This document shows, in pieces, positions 1-8,965 of a stretch of DNA of 27,195 nucleotides; within the stretch, counting starts at the first letter, position 1; every line of letters begins with the position of its first letter. Location of the stretch: NCBI GenBank assembly GCA_938091905.1, contig CALKOM010000065.1, positions 1 through 27,195 of the forward strand. The letters are read 5' to 3'. The notes beneath the pieces are model-generated. The model was not told the DNA's origin. It did no database searches and saw nothing but the letters and a program-made list of their open reading frames with translations. Origin of the DNA: an uncultured Verrucomicrobiales bacterium (GTDB lineage Bacteria; Verrucomicrobiota; Verrucomicrobiia; Verrucomicrobiales; DEV007). Position numbers and translations under genes: made by a program.

Positions 1-3000
1 GAGGCGCCAATCGCTTCCGGTTTCATGTATGCCCGTTGGGACCAACGCCCTTCGCTCCGCACAAAAACATAGGCTGCTCCCGCCGAAATCGTTAGGTCCT
101 CGCTAATATCATGAGGAGGAGGATTGACTCCTGTCGCCCCGTCATTCTTTGCCCGCGCACCGACCACGACAGTGTCTCCTGAGGCAGCAACCGACCAACC
201 AAATCTGTCCTGCCCCTGAGTTTCGCCAAGAGTGCCCGGCTTGAGGTAGGCTTGCTGCTCCCAGTGCCCCTCACTCTGAACGAAGACATAGGCAGCACCG
301 GCATCACTAGCCAACTCATCGGGGGCACTATTGATTCCTTTCGAAGAGCTGTCTTCCCCAGGTGCGCCCGCGATGAGTATATCGTCCGCCACGGCTACGG
401 ACCAGCCGAAGCGATCTCCCACCTGCTTGATGCCGCCATCATCTGGCTTGAGGTAAGCTTGCTGATTCCAGATGCCCTTGCTACGAACGAAGACGTAAAT
501 GGCACCGGCAAAACTGGAGTCCTCATCGGGCGTGGAGTTCGCACCCGTCGTGCTGCTTGATTCCCACGGTGCCCCGACAACCACAGTGTCCCCAGAAACA
601 GTAACCGAAGTACCAAACTCATCGCCGAGCTGTGAGCTGCCTACCTCCGATGGTTTGAGATAGGCCTCCTGAGTCCACAATCCGTCACTACGCACGAACA
701 CGTAGGCTGCTCCAGCATTCGTTGCATTCTCGTCAGGCGCTTGATTGATTCCGGTCACGGCGGAGTCTTCACGAAGCGCCCCAACGACCACGGTATTACC
801 TGAAATAGCGACCGAGTAGCCAAACTGGTCATATTCCTGAGTCTCCCCGACAGAGTCTGGCTTGAGATAGGCTTCTTGAGTCCACAAACCGTCGTCGCGG
901 ACAAACACGTAGGCTGCGCCCGCCCCAGCGGCATTCTCGTTAGGTGTACTGTTGATTCCTGTCGAACTGCTAGACTCGTAGTGGGCACCAACAACTGCCG
1001 TATCTCCCGATATCGCGACCGAGTAACCAAACTCGTCAAAGGCTTGAGAAGTGCCAACGTCGACCGGTTTGAGATAGGCCTGCTGCGTCCAAAGTCCGTC
1101 AGTCTTCACAAAGATATAAGCGGCCCCAGCTTCTGTCGCGTTATCGTTAGGCACGCTATTGATTCCTAAGGAGCCACTATCCTCCTGGTACGCCCCCACG
1201 ATGACCGTATCCCCCGAGACAGAGACCGACCAACCGAAATAGTCGAGTTCCTGCGGCATCCCAAATCCTGCTGCTTTGACGTAGGCTTGCTGGTGCCAAT
1301 CATGATCTTCTAGCGTCATGATATAGGAGGCACCGGCATTGGCGGCATTCTCGTTACCCTCGCTGTGGATTCCTACAGTGTCACTATCTTCAAGCGGAGC
1401 TCCAATGCTTAGAATCGTATCGGACATGGCGACAGAGAATCCAAAGTGATCTCCAGCTTGAGTCATCCCGACGGCTTCTGGCTTAAGAAAGGCGTCGTGA
1501 CCCCAAGTTCCGGAGCTGCGAGCAAAGACATAGACAGCACCGGCATCGTTGGCTGATTCCTCCGGCAGACTGTCAATACCCGTCGCGTTGCTGTCTTCAA
1601 ACGGAGCTCCAACGGCCGCTCGGTGCGGCGAAATGCCCACCGAATGTCCGAAGCGATCACCGTCCTGAGAATCGCCAAACGACTGGGGTTTAAGATAGGC
1701 CTGTTGAGTCCATGTCTCTCCTGATCGCACAAACACATAGGCAGCCCCGGCATCCTCACTCTCTTCATCGGGCGCGCTATCGACACCGGTGCTATTGCTG
1801 TCCTCGAGCGGCGCTCCAACTATGATGTAATCATTAGTGAAACTCCATGCCGCAGCGACAGAGAATCCAAATCGATCTCCAGCTTGCGAGACACCAATCA
1901 CGTCGGGCTTGAGAAAAGCTTGCTGACTCCAAGTCGTACCGCTTCGAGAGAAAATATAGCCAGCTCCAGAATTGACCATGGGACCACCAGTATCCTCAGG
2001 CGCGCTATTGATCCCTGTCGAGATGCTGTCCTCATCTGGCGCTCCCACGACCAACCCATTGAACAAGAGACCGACGGACCAGCCAAACGAATCCCCAACT
2101 TGGGTCGTTCCCACGGATTCCGGCTTCACATAGGCCTCCTGATTCCAGTTACCTTCGTGACGCACAAAGACATAGGCTGCTCCAGAGGCCCTTGCATCTT
2201 CATTGGGGATACTGTTCACTCCCGTCGTGCTGCTGGCCTCAAAAGGAGCCCCGACCGCCAACGTTTCTCCTGCGATCGCTACCGACCAACCGAAACCATC
2301 ATCTTCCTGGCTGAGACCGACAGATTCGGGCTTGAGGTAGGCCTCCTGAAACCACGCTGCCTCGCCACTGTCGTAGACGTAGACGTAGACAGCCCCAGAG
2401 TCTTGGCCGGTAGAGGCGCTGTCTCCTGGCACTGTGTTCACTCCTGTCGTGCTACTGTCTTCATGGGGTGCCCCTACCACCACGGTCCCATTTGAAACAG
2501 CAACGGAGTGCCCAAATCGGTCGCCCTTCTGTGAATCGCCAATCGCCATCGGTTTGAGATAGGCTTCCTGAGTCCATCTGGTCCCACTGCGCGTGAAGAT
2601 GTAGGCCGCACCTGAATCATAATCATGGTTGTCCGTAACAATTGGTGTGCCGTTGACTCCGAGTGAGCTGCTATCTTCGCTGGGAGCCCCCACGACCACC
2701 ATATTCTGAGAGACCGCAACCGAATAACCGAACCGATCAGGCGGAGGCGCCACATCAACGGCAGTCGCCTTCAAATACGCCCTTTGAGCAATCGGGTCGA
2801 TGGTGATCGGGTAGCGAGCCCCACGTTCATCAATCACGAGACGAAAGCTTCTCTCACCCGCAGCAGCAAAGTGTGAGGACAGCAACTTCCCATCATCGTC
2901 CCAGACCTTTAGACCAGTGTAAGTGACGATGTCAACTTGTGCATCATTTTTGAAAACCACTCCCTGCTCATCGAGACTAATGACAGGGTCCAGTGAGCCA

Positions 3001-3515
3001 CGAGTCGTCAGCGTAAAGGCAAGAAGACTCGTCGATACTGCCCCAGCTGATGCAGGGCGTCGAGCGACGGTGAAGCCATGCTTCAAACCCCGCTGATCGT
3101 TAATAAACCATTCCTCCACCACGGCATCTCGCTGGTAGCTGAGACTTGAGCCCGAGACATTCACGACGGGCTTATCCGAAAAGGCAGATTGGCTCTGCCC
3201 AAAGCCATAGCTCTGCAGTTCCAATCCCCAAGACCAACCTCCCTCGTCGGGTTGATTCGTAAAGCCATGCCGATCAAATTCCATTGCCCACCGCTGCCCA
3301 GGATTGCGCGCCTGCCAGCCAGCGTCCGAAGGTTGAAACGCGTGTCTCCCAGACTCATAAGCCTCGCGGATGCTCCGCCAGTCAGCCGCGGCCAAGCCCT
3401 CAGGCACTCTCTCCAGAGACCCCAGATCCAGCACTTTGCCAGAAGACGGTGCAGCCTCGAGTACGCTCGTGACCCCTAGGAATATGGCAAGAAGCTGGAG
3501 GTTTAGGGGATTCAT
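1..3515 (-). CDS. Large secreted FG-GAP (integrin-alpha-like beta-propeller) repeat protein, >1171 aa, 3' end outside the window
   Basis: Manual translation from ATG at 3515: MNPLNLQLLAIFLGVTSVLEAAPSS (signal-peptide-like), then a domain VPEGLAAADWRSIREAYESGRHAF...EEWFINDQRGLKHGFT...YPITIDP, then repeats of FGxSVAxSxxxxVVGAPxEDS...GAAYVFxR...WxQxAYLKP. All 14 repeat anchors checked (2780 down to 32) are in the same frame as the start codon. Probably absent from the ORF track because its stop lies outside the window. Confidence 0.93.
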   Translation of the reverse strand, partial: MNPLNLQLLAIFLGVTSVLEAAPSSGKVLDLGSLERVPEGLAAADWRSIREAYESGRHAFQPSDAGWQARNPGQRWAMEFDRHGFTNQPDEGGWSWGLELQSYGFGQSQSAFSDKPVVNVSGSSLSYQRDAVVEEWFINDQRGLKHGFTVARRPASAGAVSTSLLAFTLTTRGSLDPVISLDEQGVVFKNDAQVDIVTYTGLKVWDDDGKLLSSHFAAAGERSFRLVIDERGARYPITIDPIAQRAYLKATAVDVAPPPDRFGYSVAVSQNMVVVGAPSEDSSSLGVNGTPIVTDNHDYDSGAAYIFTRSGTRWTQEAYLKPMAIGDSQKGDRFGHSVAVSNGTVVVGAPHEDSSTTGVNTVPGDSASTGQDSGAVYVYVYDSGEAAWFQEAYLKPESVGLSQEDDGFGWSVAIAGETLAVGAPFEASSTTGVNSIPNEDARASGAAYVFVRHEGNWNQEAYVKPESVGTTQVGDSFGWSVGLLFNGLVVGAPDEDSISTGINSAPEDTGGPMVNSGAGYIFSRSGTTWSQQAFLKPDVIGVSQAGDRFGFSVAAAWSFTNDYIIVGAPLEDSNSTGVDSAPDEESEDAGAAYVFVRSGETWTQQAYLKPQSFGDSQDGDRFGHSVGISPHRAAVGAPFEDSNATGIDSLPEESANDAGAVYVFARSSGTWGHDAFLKPEAVGMTQAGDHFGFSVAMSDTILSIGAPLEDSDTVGIHSEGNENAANAGASYIMTLEDHDWHQQAYVKAAGFGMPQELDYFGWSVSVSGDTVIVGAYQEDSGSLGINSVPNDNATEAGAAYIFVKTDGLWTQQAYLKPVDVGTSQAFDEFGYSVAISGDTAVVGAHYESSSSTGINSTPNENAAGAGAAYVFVRDDGLWTQEAYLKPDSVGETQEYDQFGYSVAISGNTVVVGALREDSAVTGINQAPDENATNAGAAYVFVRSDGLWTQEAYLKPSEVGSSQLGDEFGTSVTVSGDTVVVGAPWESSSTTGANSTPDEDSSFAGAIYVFVRSKGIWNQQAYLKPDDGGIKQVGDRFGWSVAVADDILIAGAPGEDSSSKGINSAPDELASDAGAAYVFVQSEGHWEQQAYLKPGTLGETQGQDRFGWSVAASGDTVVVGARAKNDGATGVNPPPHDISEDLTISAGAAYVFVRSEGRWSQRAYMKPEAIGA
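20..2790 (-). repeat. Intragenic tandem FG-GAP repeats, 13 complete units plus the start of a 14th, period 207-222 nt
   Basis: First base of the Ala codon in the AYLK-like anchor at 2780, 2564, 2342, 2135, 1919, 1700, 1493, 1286, 1079, 872, 665, 458, 251 and 32. Confidence 0.9.
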
Positions 3516-3569
3516 GCGAGACCCAGGCCCAATCAATGCCCTCCAGTCTAAGCACGTGACGCGGAAACT

Positions 3570-3595
3570 AAAAGAAACTCCTCTCGAGAGTTTCT
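3570..3595 (-). terminator. Possible weak intrinsic terminator after the P450 gene
   Basis: Perfect 8-bp inverted repeat AGAAACTC (3573-3580)/GAGTTTCT (3588-3595) with a 7-nt loop, followed on the minus strand by a short T run, about 22 nt after the P450 stop. The stem is AU-rich. Confidence 0.4.
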
Positions 3596-3617
3596 CCCTC
3601 TCAAGGTTGCTTCTCTT

Positions 3618-4760
3618 CTAAGCGACTGTATTCCGATTTAGAGAAACGGTGAGGGATTCGAAGCCCATCGTGCGTTTGTATTTAGCCTCATCTTCGACAC
3701 GGGGCTCGGCGCGGACGAGGCCGACTTTGCTAACATGTACGCTTAACTGCTGCAGAAGCGTTCTGACAAGGAGACGGGCGTGGGGAGCGCCCAGGCAGAT
3801 ATGGGTGCCCGCACCGAAGGCAAGGTGGGGGTTGGGCTTTCGGTCAAGTCGGGTTTGTTTGGGTAGGTCGAAAGCTTCTTCATCTTGGTTCGCGGAGGCC
3901 CAACAGAGAGAGACCAGGCCCTTTCGTGGCACCGTGACGCCGTGAACATCCGTTTCGACTGGGCAAACTCTGCCAATGTGGGTGAGCGGTGAGATGACGC
4001 GAAAAAATTCTTCTGAGGCGTTGACAACACGTTTGGAATCTTCGCGAAGGAATTCGAGCGCATCTGGGTTCTCTGTGAGATAGTGAAAGATCGAGGAAAC
4101 CGTGTGAATGATGGTATCGCGACCGCCGGCAAACGCAAGGTTAGCAAAACCCATCATCTCATTTCGCGTGAGCGGTCGGCCATCGATCGATGACTGCGTA
4201 AGGACACTAAAAAAATCGTTCCCTGGATCTTCGGTCGCGAAATCGAGCTGACGTTCGAGATAGGCATCCAAAGCAGAGCCTTTAGCTTCGCTATCGCCGC
4301 CATCGTGAAAGACGTGGGTGCCCCAACTAATCCAGGTGGCGGCTTCCGATTCCGGAACGTTAAGCAAGTAAGTCAGTGCATGTGATTGTAAAGGAAGAGC
4401 AAACTCACGAACAATCTCTACAGAATCCCGTTCCAGTGATTCGGTTAGAAGACGACGAATCAGGCTTTCCACCTGCGAGATGACTTGAGGATCCTTGGCC
4501 CGTTTGAAGAAAGGTTCGACGAGTTTGCGGTAGGGGCCGTGTTCAGGGGGATCAGTCTCAATAGGAAGCTGACGAACATTGCGCACGTCTTCCTCCGACG
4601 GAATGGGAACCCTAAAGGGGGCATCTGAGCTGAGCGTCTGCCAATCCTTCGCTGCGGCACGCACATCGGCGTGACGCAAGATCATGGGCACATCCTCGCC
4701 CTGAAAAGGACAGGATAAAACACCGGACTCCCGGCGCTTTGCTTGAAAGGGATCATTCAT
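3618..4760 (-). CDS. Cytochrome P450, CYP236-like (putative sugar O-demethylase)
   Basis: Heme motif FGAGTHICLG, ExxR (EEFFR), I-helix FAGGRDT and DPPEH motif. WISWGTHVF and SLCWASAN resemble marine Bacteroidota CYP236A as I recall it. P450 call is firm; subfamily is less certain. Confidence 0.93.
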   Translation of the reverse strand: MNDPFQAKRRESGVLSCPFQGEDVPMILRHADVRAAAKDWQTLSSDAPFRVPIPSEEDVRNVRQLPIETDPPEHGPYRKLVEPFFKRAKDPQVISQVESLIRRLLTESLERDSVEIVREFALPLQSHALTYLLNVPESEAATWISWGTHVFHDGGDSEAKGSALDAYLERQLDFATEDPGNDFFSVLTQSSIDGRPLTRNEMMGFANLAFAGGRDTIIHTVSSIFHYLTENPDALEFLREDSKRVVNASEEFFRVISPLTHIGRVCPVETDVHGVTVPRKGLVSLCWASANQDEEAFDLPKQTRLDRKPNPHLAFGAGTHICLGAPHARLLVRTLLQQLSVHVSKVGLVRAEPRVEDEAKYKRTMGFESLTVSLNRNTVA

Positions 4761-5163
4761 GAAACTAGTTCAAACGAAATGCCGAACGTGTCGAGCAGTT
4801 ACGAGTCGATGAACATCCCATCAGAGGCAGATCCGCAGATTGTTTCGCCTCCAGGAAATCGCATCCTGGCAACGATGAAAGAGAAATGCTCGAAACTCGG
4901 GAAGAGGGCCCCAAGCGCCTGGACGGCGCCTTGTATCTGCTAGAGTTCTGCACCGACGTAAAGACGTAGCTCTGAGGGCGAATGGAGTGCCAGTCCAACA
5001 GAATGAGGACACGCAAGCCCTTGATCGCATTTGCGGCGGCGATCTCAGTCCTGACACCCCTCGGCTGAAAGAGGAAACGGACTACTTCCGGCAATGCGCG
5101 CCGCCATTGGCGAAGTGACGCCCTGAGCTAGGAAATTCCTTGGTTTTCTGCGGGAAGTGCCTA

Positions 5164-5198
5164 TGCTTAAGATTACTTAACAATCTTGAGCACTTAAC
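5164..5198. promoter_or_regulatory. Candidate operator/inverted repeat immediately upstream of tolQ
   Basis: TGCTTAAGATT-N7-AATCTTGAGCA (10/11 inverted match) plus direct repeat ACTTAAC at 5175 and 5192, in an AT-rich patch. Confidence 0.4.
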
Positions 5199-5201
5199 GA
5201 A

Positions 5202-6044
5202 TTGTCCTTGGAATACGCACTCTCCCCTCTCCTCGGCTCTGGCTGGGACACCTTGTCGATGGCGACGCCCGCTGGTCTGGCCATCGTGGCCTGTTTGGCA
5301 CTGCTGTCGACTTTCAGCTGGTCGGTCATGATCTCGAAGCTGTTTCAGCTCCGGAAAATGCGGAAGCAAACGGAGCATTTCCTGGTCATGTTCCGCGGCC
5401 AACAGAATCCTCTAGAGCTTTTCGAGATGGGAAATCGGTTTCCCTTTGCGCCACAAGCCCATGTCTATCGCATGGCCTGTGCCGAGATTTCCCACTTCCT
5501 CTCGGCAGCAATGAAACGCCGCGATGGGCAAGTGACTGAGTATTCACTGGAACCCAAGGTATCCTCCGCACAATTGGAAGCGGTCAATGCCTCCATTGAT
5601 CGAGCCGTTGGCGAAGCCACCGTTCGCATTGAAGACAAGACGACCATCCTAGCAACCGCAGTGAGCGGAGCACCATTCATTGGCTTGTTAGGAACTGTCT
5701 GGGGGGTGATGGACACGTTTAGCGCCGTCGCTCGCGATAGCGGCGCGGCCAGTCTCCAATCAATGGCGCCAGGTGTCTCCTCCGCCTTGGTCACGACCGT
5801 CGTGGGCTTGCTAGTGGCTATCCCGGCCATGTTTGGCTACAACTTCATTGTGAACCGCATCCGGGTGATGACTGTACGATTGGATAACTTTGCCTCTGAG
5901 CTGCAAACCGTCCTAACAAAGCGTTTCTTGGCCGAGACAGCCGTCCCTCCGCTCCTGCACGACACCCCACAGCAGGTATCTGAACCAGATTACACAGCCC
6001 CTCCGCCCGCTGATGATCCGGAGGACTCTCAGTATCAGGTATGA
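5202..6044 (+). CDS. tolQ: TolQ (MotA/TolQ/ExbB proton channel family)
   Basis: N-terminal TM ending SWSVMISK; APFIGLLGTVWGVMDTF and APGVSSALVTTVVGLLVAIPA TM motifs; first gene of a Q-R-A-B cluster. Start is uncertain (TTG 5202 or ATG 5259). Confidence 0.9.
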   Translation: MSLEYALSPLLGSGWDTLSMATPAGLAIVACLALLSTFSWSVMISKLFQLRKMRKQTEHFLVMFRGQQNPLELFEMGNRFPFAPQAHVYRMACAEISHFLSAAMKRRDGQVTEYSLEPKVSSAQLEAVNASIDRAVGEATVRIEDKTTILATAVSGAPFIGLLGTVWGVMDTFSAVARDSGAASLQSMAPGVSSALVTTVVGLLVAIPAMFGYNFIVNRIRVMTVRLDNFASELQTVLTKRFLAETAVPPLLHDTPQQVSEPDYTAPPPADDPEDSQYQV

Positions 6045-6460
6045 GACGTTCTCGACGACAGCGCCGGCAGCCCATGAGCACGCTTGCAGAGCTCAATGTC
6101 ACGCCCATGCTCGATCTGGCCTTTGTGCTCCTCATCATCTTCATGATCACCGCACCGCTATTAGCAAGTCGAGTCGATCTGATCATCCCGACGACCCGGG
6201 CAAAGCGGGATGCCGTCGCCGCAGAACGCACGGTGATTGTTGAAATGAATAATGAGGGCGTTCTGGAGATCGAAGGAGACGTGATGACTGAACAAGATTT
6301 GAAACAACGCCTCGCCGAACAACTGGCGGAGAGTCCTGAACTAGGCGTGCTCATCCGGGCAGATGCCTCGCTGAGCCTAGGTAAAGTCATGCCTGTGCTG
6401 GATCTTCTGAAAAGTGAGGGCATTGTCGACGTAGGCTTTATGGCTAGATCCGACCCTTGA
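6041..6460 (+). CDS. tolR: TolR/ExbD family protein
   Basis: AELNVTPMLDLAFVLLIIFMITAPL with the conserved TM Asp; VLIRADA motif; ATGA overlap with tolQ. Confidence 0.92.
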   Translation: MRRSRRQRRQPMSTLAELNVTPMLDLAFVLLIIFMITAPLLASRVDLIIPTTRAKRDAVAAERTVIVEMNNEGVLEIEGDVMTEQDLKQRLAEQLAESPELGVLIRADASLSLGKVMPVLDLLKSEGIVDVGFMARSDP

Positions 6461-6498
6461 TTGGCGGCTGTCCTCCACCAACCAAGTTTCCTCCTGCA

Positions 6499-7785
6499 AT
6501 GAAACATCGCGAAACCAGTTTCTCGCTCATCTTTATTGCCGTCGTCCTGGCGCACGTCGGCGTCGTTGGTTGGCTTGTCTTTGGCAATAGCGGTTGCCAG
6601 CAAGACGCGGCCGCATCGGAGTCAGCAGCCTTGACTCCAAAGGCCGCGCAGCCCATCCAGCTCAACTTGTCTCTATCTGATCGAGTGAAGCCAACAGCCG
6701 CACTTGAGGAGACCGAATCCCCACTCCCACCGGAGGCAGTCAGTGTTCCCGATGATCCAGAAAGTCGCCTTGTCCTACCCAAAGCGCCTGTAACTCAAGA
6801 GCCACCAGAACCCATCGTGGTTGATGACTCCGCTGAGAAGGCTAGGGAAGCAGCAAAGCAAGAGGCCTTGATAGCAGAACAGCGAAAACGCGCCCAAGAG
6901 GCTGAGGCGAAACTGGCATTAGTCGAGCTAGAGAAAGCGAAAGAGCGAGAGGCCGAGGCTGCACGCAAGCGTGAACTCGCCGCTACGAAAGCGAAGCGCG
7001 AAGCCGCAGAGGCACAACGGCAAAGAAATGAAGAAGCCGAGAAAGAACGTGAGCGTGAAGAAGCGGCTATTCTTGCGGCCAAAGCAAAGCGGGAGAAAGA
7101 CCGGCAAGAAGCAATCCTAGCACAGAAACAGGAAGCTGATAAGGCCCGGAAGCGGAAAGAGGTTGAGGATGAACGGAAACGAGAGCTCGCTCGCAAAAAA
7201 GAAGAGCAACGCTTAGCAGAAACCAAACGCAGTCGCCAAGCGGCAGAAGAGGCCGCCAGAAGAAAGCGGCTCGCAGACCAACTTGAAGAAAAGCGCAAAG
7301 CTGAAGAAGCCAAGCTCCTAGCAGAGCGGCTCGAACGCGAGCGCGCTGAAGCGTTACGGATTGAGAAGGCCAAAGTCATTGGTCAGCCTGCTGTGGTCAA
7401 AGCCAAACCGGTCGGCACAGCGGACGGTACTGGCCAAGCAGCAAACGCTCCCAGTATCGTATCCGCAAAGCCAACGGGTGGCGGCGGTGGCTCCCCCACC
7501 CCGGTTAAAATAGACATGGCCGGTTACCGAGTGAGCGTCGAGAAGATGATTCGGAATCGATGGACGGTCCCCAAGGGCATTGCAGTCGATCGCCGGCCCG
7601 AAGTGATCTTGCGAATCAACCGCGCTGGCAAGGTTGTCTATTCTCGCCTGAGCCAGAAATCCGGAAATTCCAATTTGGACCGCTCTGCCATTAATGCTGT
7701 GCAGATTGGCTCACGACTCATCCCCCTTCCCCCAGGCTACCAAGAGAAACTCTACGAAGTTAAAGTGAAGTTCGAAATCGACTGA
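6499..7785 (+). CDS. tolA: TolA-like energy transducer (TM anchor, long EKAR-rich helix, TonB_C-like C-terminal domain)
   Basis: TM with His (AVVLAHVGVV), Pro-rich linker, long A/E/K/R coiled coil, C-terminal YRVSVEKMIRNRW...INRAG...SGNSNLDRSAINAV. ATG 6499 preferred over TTG 6457. Confidence 0.85.
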   Translation: MKHRETSFSLIFIAVVLAHVGVVGWLVFGNSGCQQDAAASESAALTPKAAQPIQLNLSLSDRVKPTAALEETESPLPPEAVSVPDDPESRLVLPKAPVTQEPPEPIVVDDSAEKAREAAKQEALIAEQRKRAQEAEAKLALVELEKAKEREAEAARKRELAATKAKREAAEAQRQRNEEAEKEREREEAAILAAKAKREKDRQEAILAQKQEADKARKRKEVEDERKRELARKKEEQRLAETKRSRQAAEEAARRKRLADQLEEKRKAEEAKLLAERLERERAEALRIEKAKVIGQPAVVKAKPVGTADGTGQAANAPSIVSAKPTGGGGGSPTPVKIDMAGYRVSVEKMIRNRWTVPKGIAVDRRPEVILRINRAGKVVYSRLSQKSGNSNLDRSAINAVQIGSRLIPLPPGYQEKLYEVKVKFEID

Positions 7786-7796
7786 ATCCGACAAGC

Positions 7797-8960
7797 ATGA
7801 TGAATTCAAGAATAATGATAGCGCCGAAGATTCTAGCGCCCCTGGCTCTGCTGATTACGCTACTGAATATCCAAGCGCAGGATGAGATCATCGTTCGGGG
7901 TTCTAGCAAGTTTGACGTCGCTATCGGAAACTTTGGAGGTCCTGCGGGAACGACCGTCGCCCAGGCTCTCAGCAAGCGCTTGCGAGACTCAGGTTACTTC
8001 AACATCAAAGCCCCCGGGCCTGGACTCTTTGTCGTGATTGGAGGAAGCGATGGTCGACAAGTCGATGGGACCCTCACAGGACCACAAGGTCAATCCATGT
8101 TCCGCAAGGGCTACCGCAATGCTCGGATTGATACCAACATTGCCCGCCTAGCTGACGACATTACCGAAGCGATCACTGGAATTCCTGGGATTAATGGCAC
8201 GAGTCTCGTGTTCGTAGGTCGTAGCGATGGACGGAAAGAGATCTTCCAATGCCTTGCAGATGGATCTGGGTTGAGACAACTCACCCGCGACCGAGGCATT
8301 TGCGTGTCTCCCAGTCTAAGTTCGAAGCGCGGCTACGTCGCCTACACGAGCTATGCCAGCGGCTATCCAGACATTTACACCATTGGCGCAGACGGAAGCA
8401 ATCGGCGTCGCATCATCAATGCGCCTGGCACCAACGGTGGGGCAGCCATTTCTCCAGACGGCGGACGGATCGCTTGCACCATGAGCTTCTCCGGCAACAA
8501 GGAACTCTATGTCGTCAGCCGCGGCGGCGGGCGTCCACGCGCACTCACCCGCACCGCAGCAAGCGAGTCCTCACCTACCTGGTCGCCCAACGGGTCAGAG
8601 ATCATTTACAGTTCCGATCAAACCGGTCGCCCTCAGCTCTATCGCATTTCAGCGTCAGGTGGCCGCGCCCGGCAGCTATCGTTAGGATACGGCTATTGCA
8701 CCGAGCCTGCCTGGTCGCCCGATGGCAACAGACTGGCGTTCACTGTGAAAGCGGGAGGTATCGCCATCGCTCTACACGATTTCCGCACGGGCAAGACAAC
8801 ACGATTGCGGGCGGGAGAAGATCCCACGTGGGCGCCCGATTCACGGCATCTCGCCTTTGCCGCAGGCGGCTCGCTCTATCGGCTGAATGTCGACACAGGA
8901 GCCATGCAACGTCTCGCCGTGAATGTATCCAGCATCAGTGAACCTTCATGGGGGCGATAG
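7797..8960 (+). CDS. tolB: TolB-like periplasmic beta-propeller (PD40 repeats)
   Basis: Signal peptide (…LLITLLNIQAQ); TolB_N-like segment (ARLADDITEAITG); repeats ISPDG, PTWSPNG, PAWSPDG, PTWAPDS, EPSW. Confidence 0.92.
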   Translation: MMNSRIMIAPKILAPLALLITLLNIQAQDEIIVRGSSKFDVAIGNFGGPAGTTVAQALSKRLRDSGYFNIKAPGPGLFVVIGGSDGRQVDGTLTGPQGQSMFRKGYRNARIDTNIARLADDITEAITGIPGINGTSLVFVGRSDGRKEIFQCLADGSGLRQLTRDRGICVSPSLSSKRGYVAYTSYASGYPDIYTIGADGSNRRRIINAPGTNGGAAISPDGGRIACTMSFSGNKELYVVSRGGGRPRALTRTAASESSPTWSPNGSEIIYSSDQTGRPQLYRISASGGRARQLSLGYGYCTEPAWSPDGNRLAFTVKAGGIAIALHDFRTGKTTRLRAGEDPTWAPDSRHLAFAAGGSLYRLNVDTGAMQRLAVNVSSISEPSWGR

Positions 8961-8965
8961 GATTG

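Noticed and set aside
20..2790. 207-nt periodicity as a CRISPR array or DGR template/variable repeat
   Set aside because: Units are diverged protein-coding repeats; no identical direct repeats with spacers, no reverse transcriptase, no adenine-specific pair seen.
92..3621. Many short ORFs in the track (e.g. 252..560, 876..1169, 1884..2495)
   Set aside because: Antisense or off-frame shadows of the FG-GAP gene.
5059..5080. CCTC-GGCTGAAA-GAGGAAAC as a hammerhead ribozyme or riboswitch
   Set aside because: Does not match the CUGANGA core and no supporting stems were found.
5202..7785. ExbB-ExbD-TonB assignment
   Set aside because: The long alanine/charged helical domain and the adjacent tolB favour Tol; no TonB-dependent receptor nearby.
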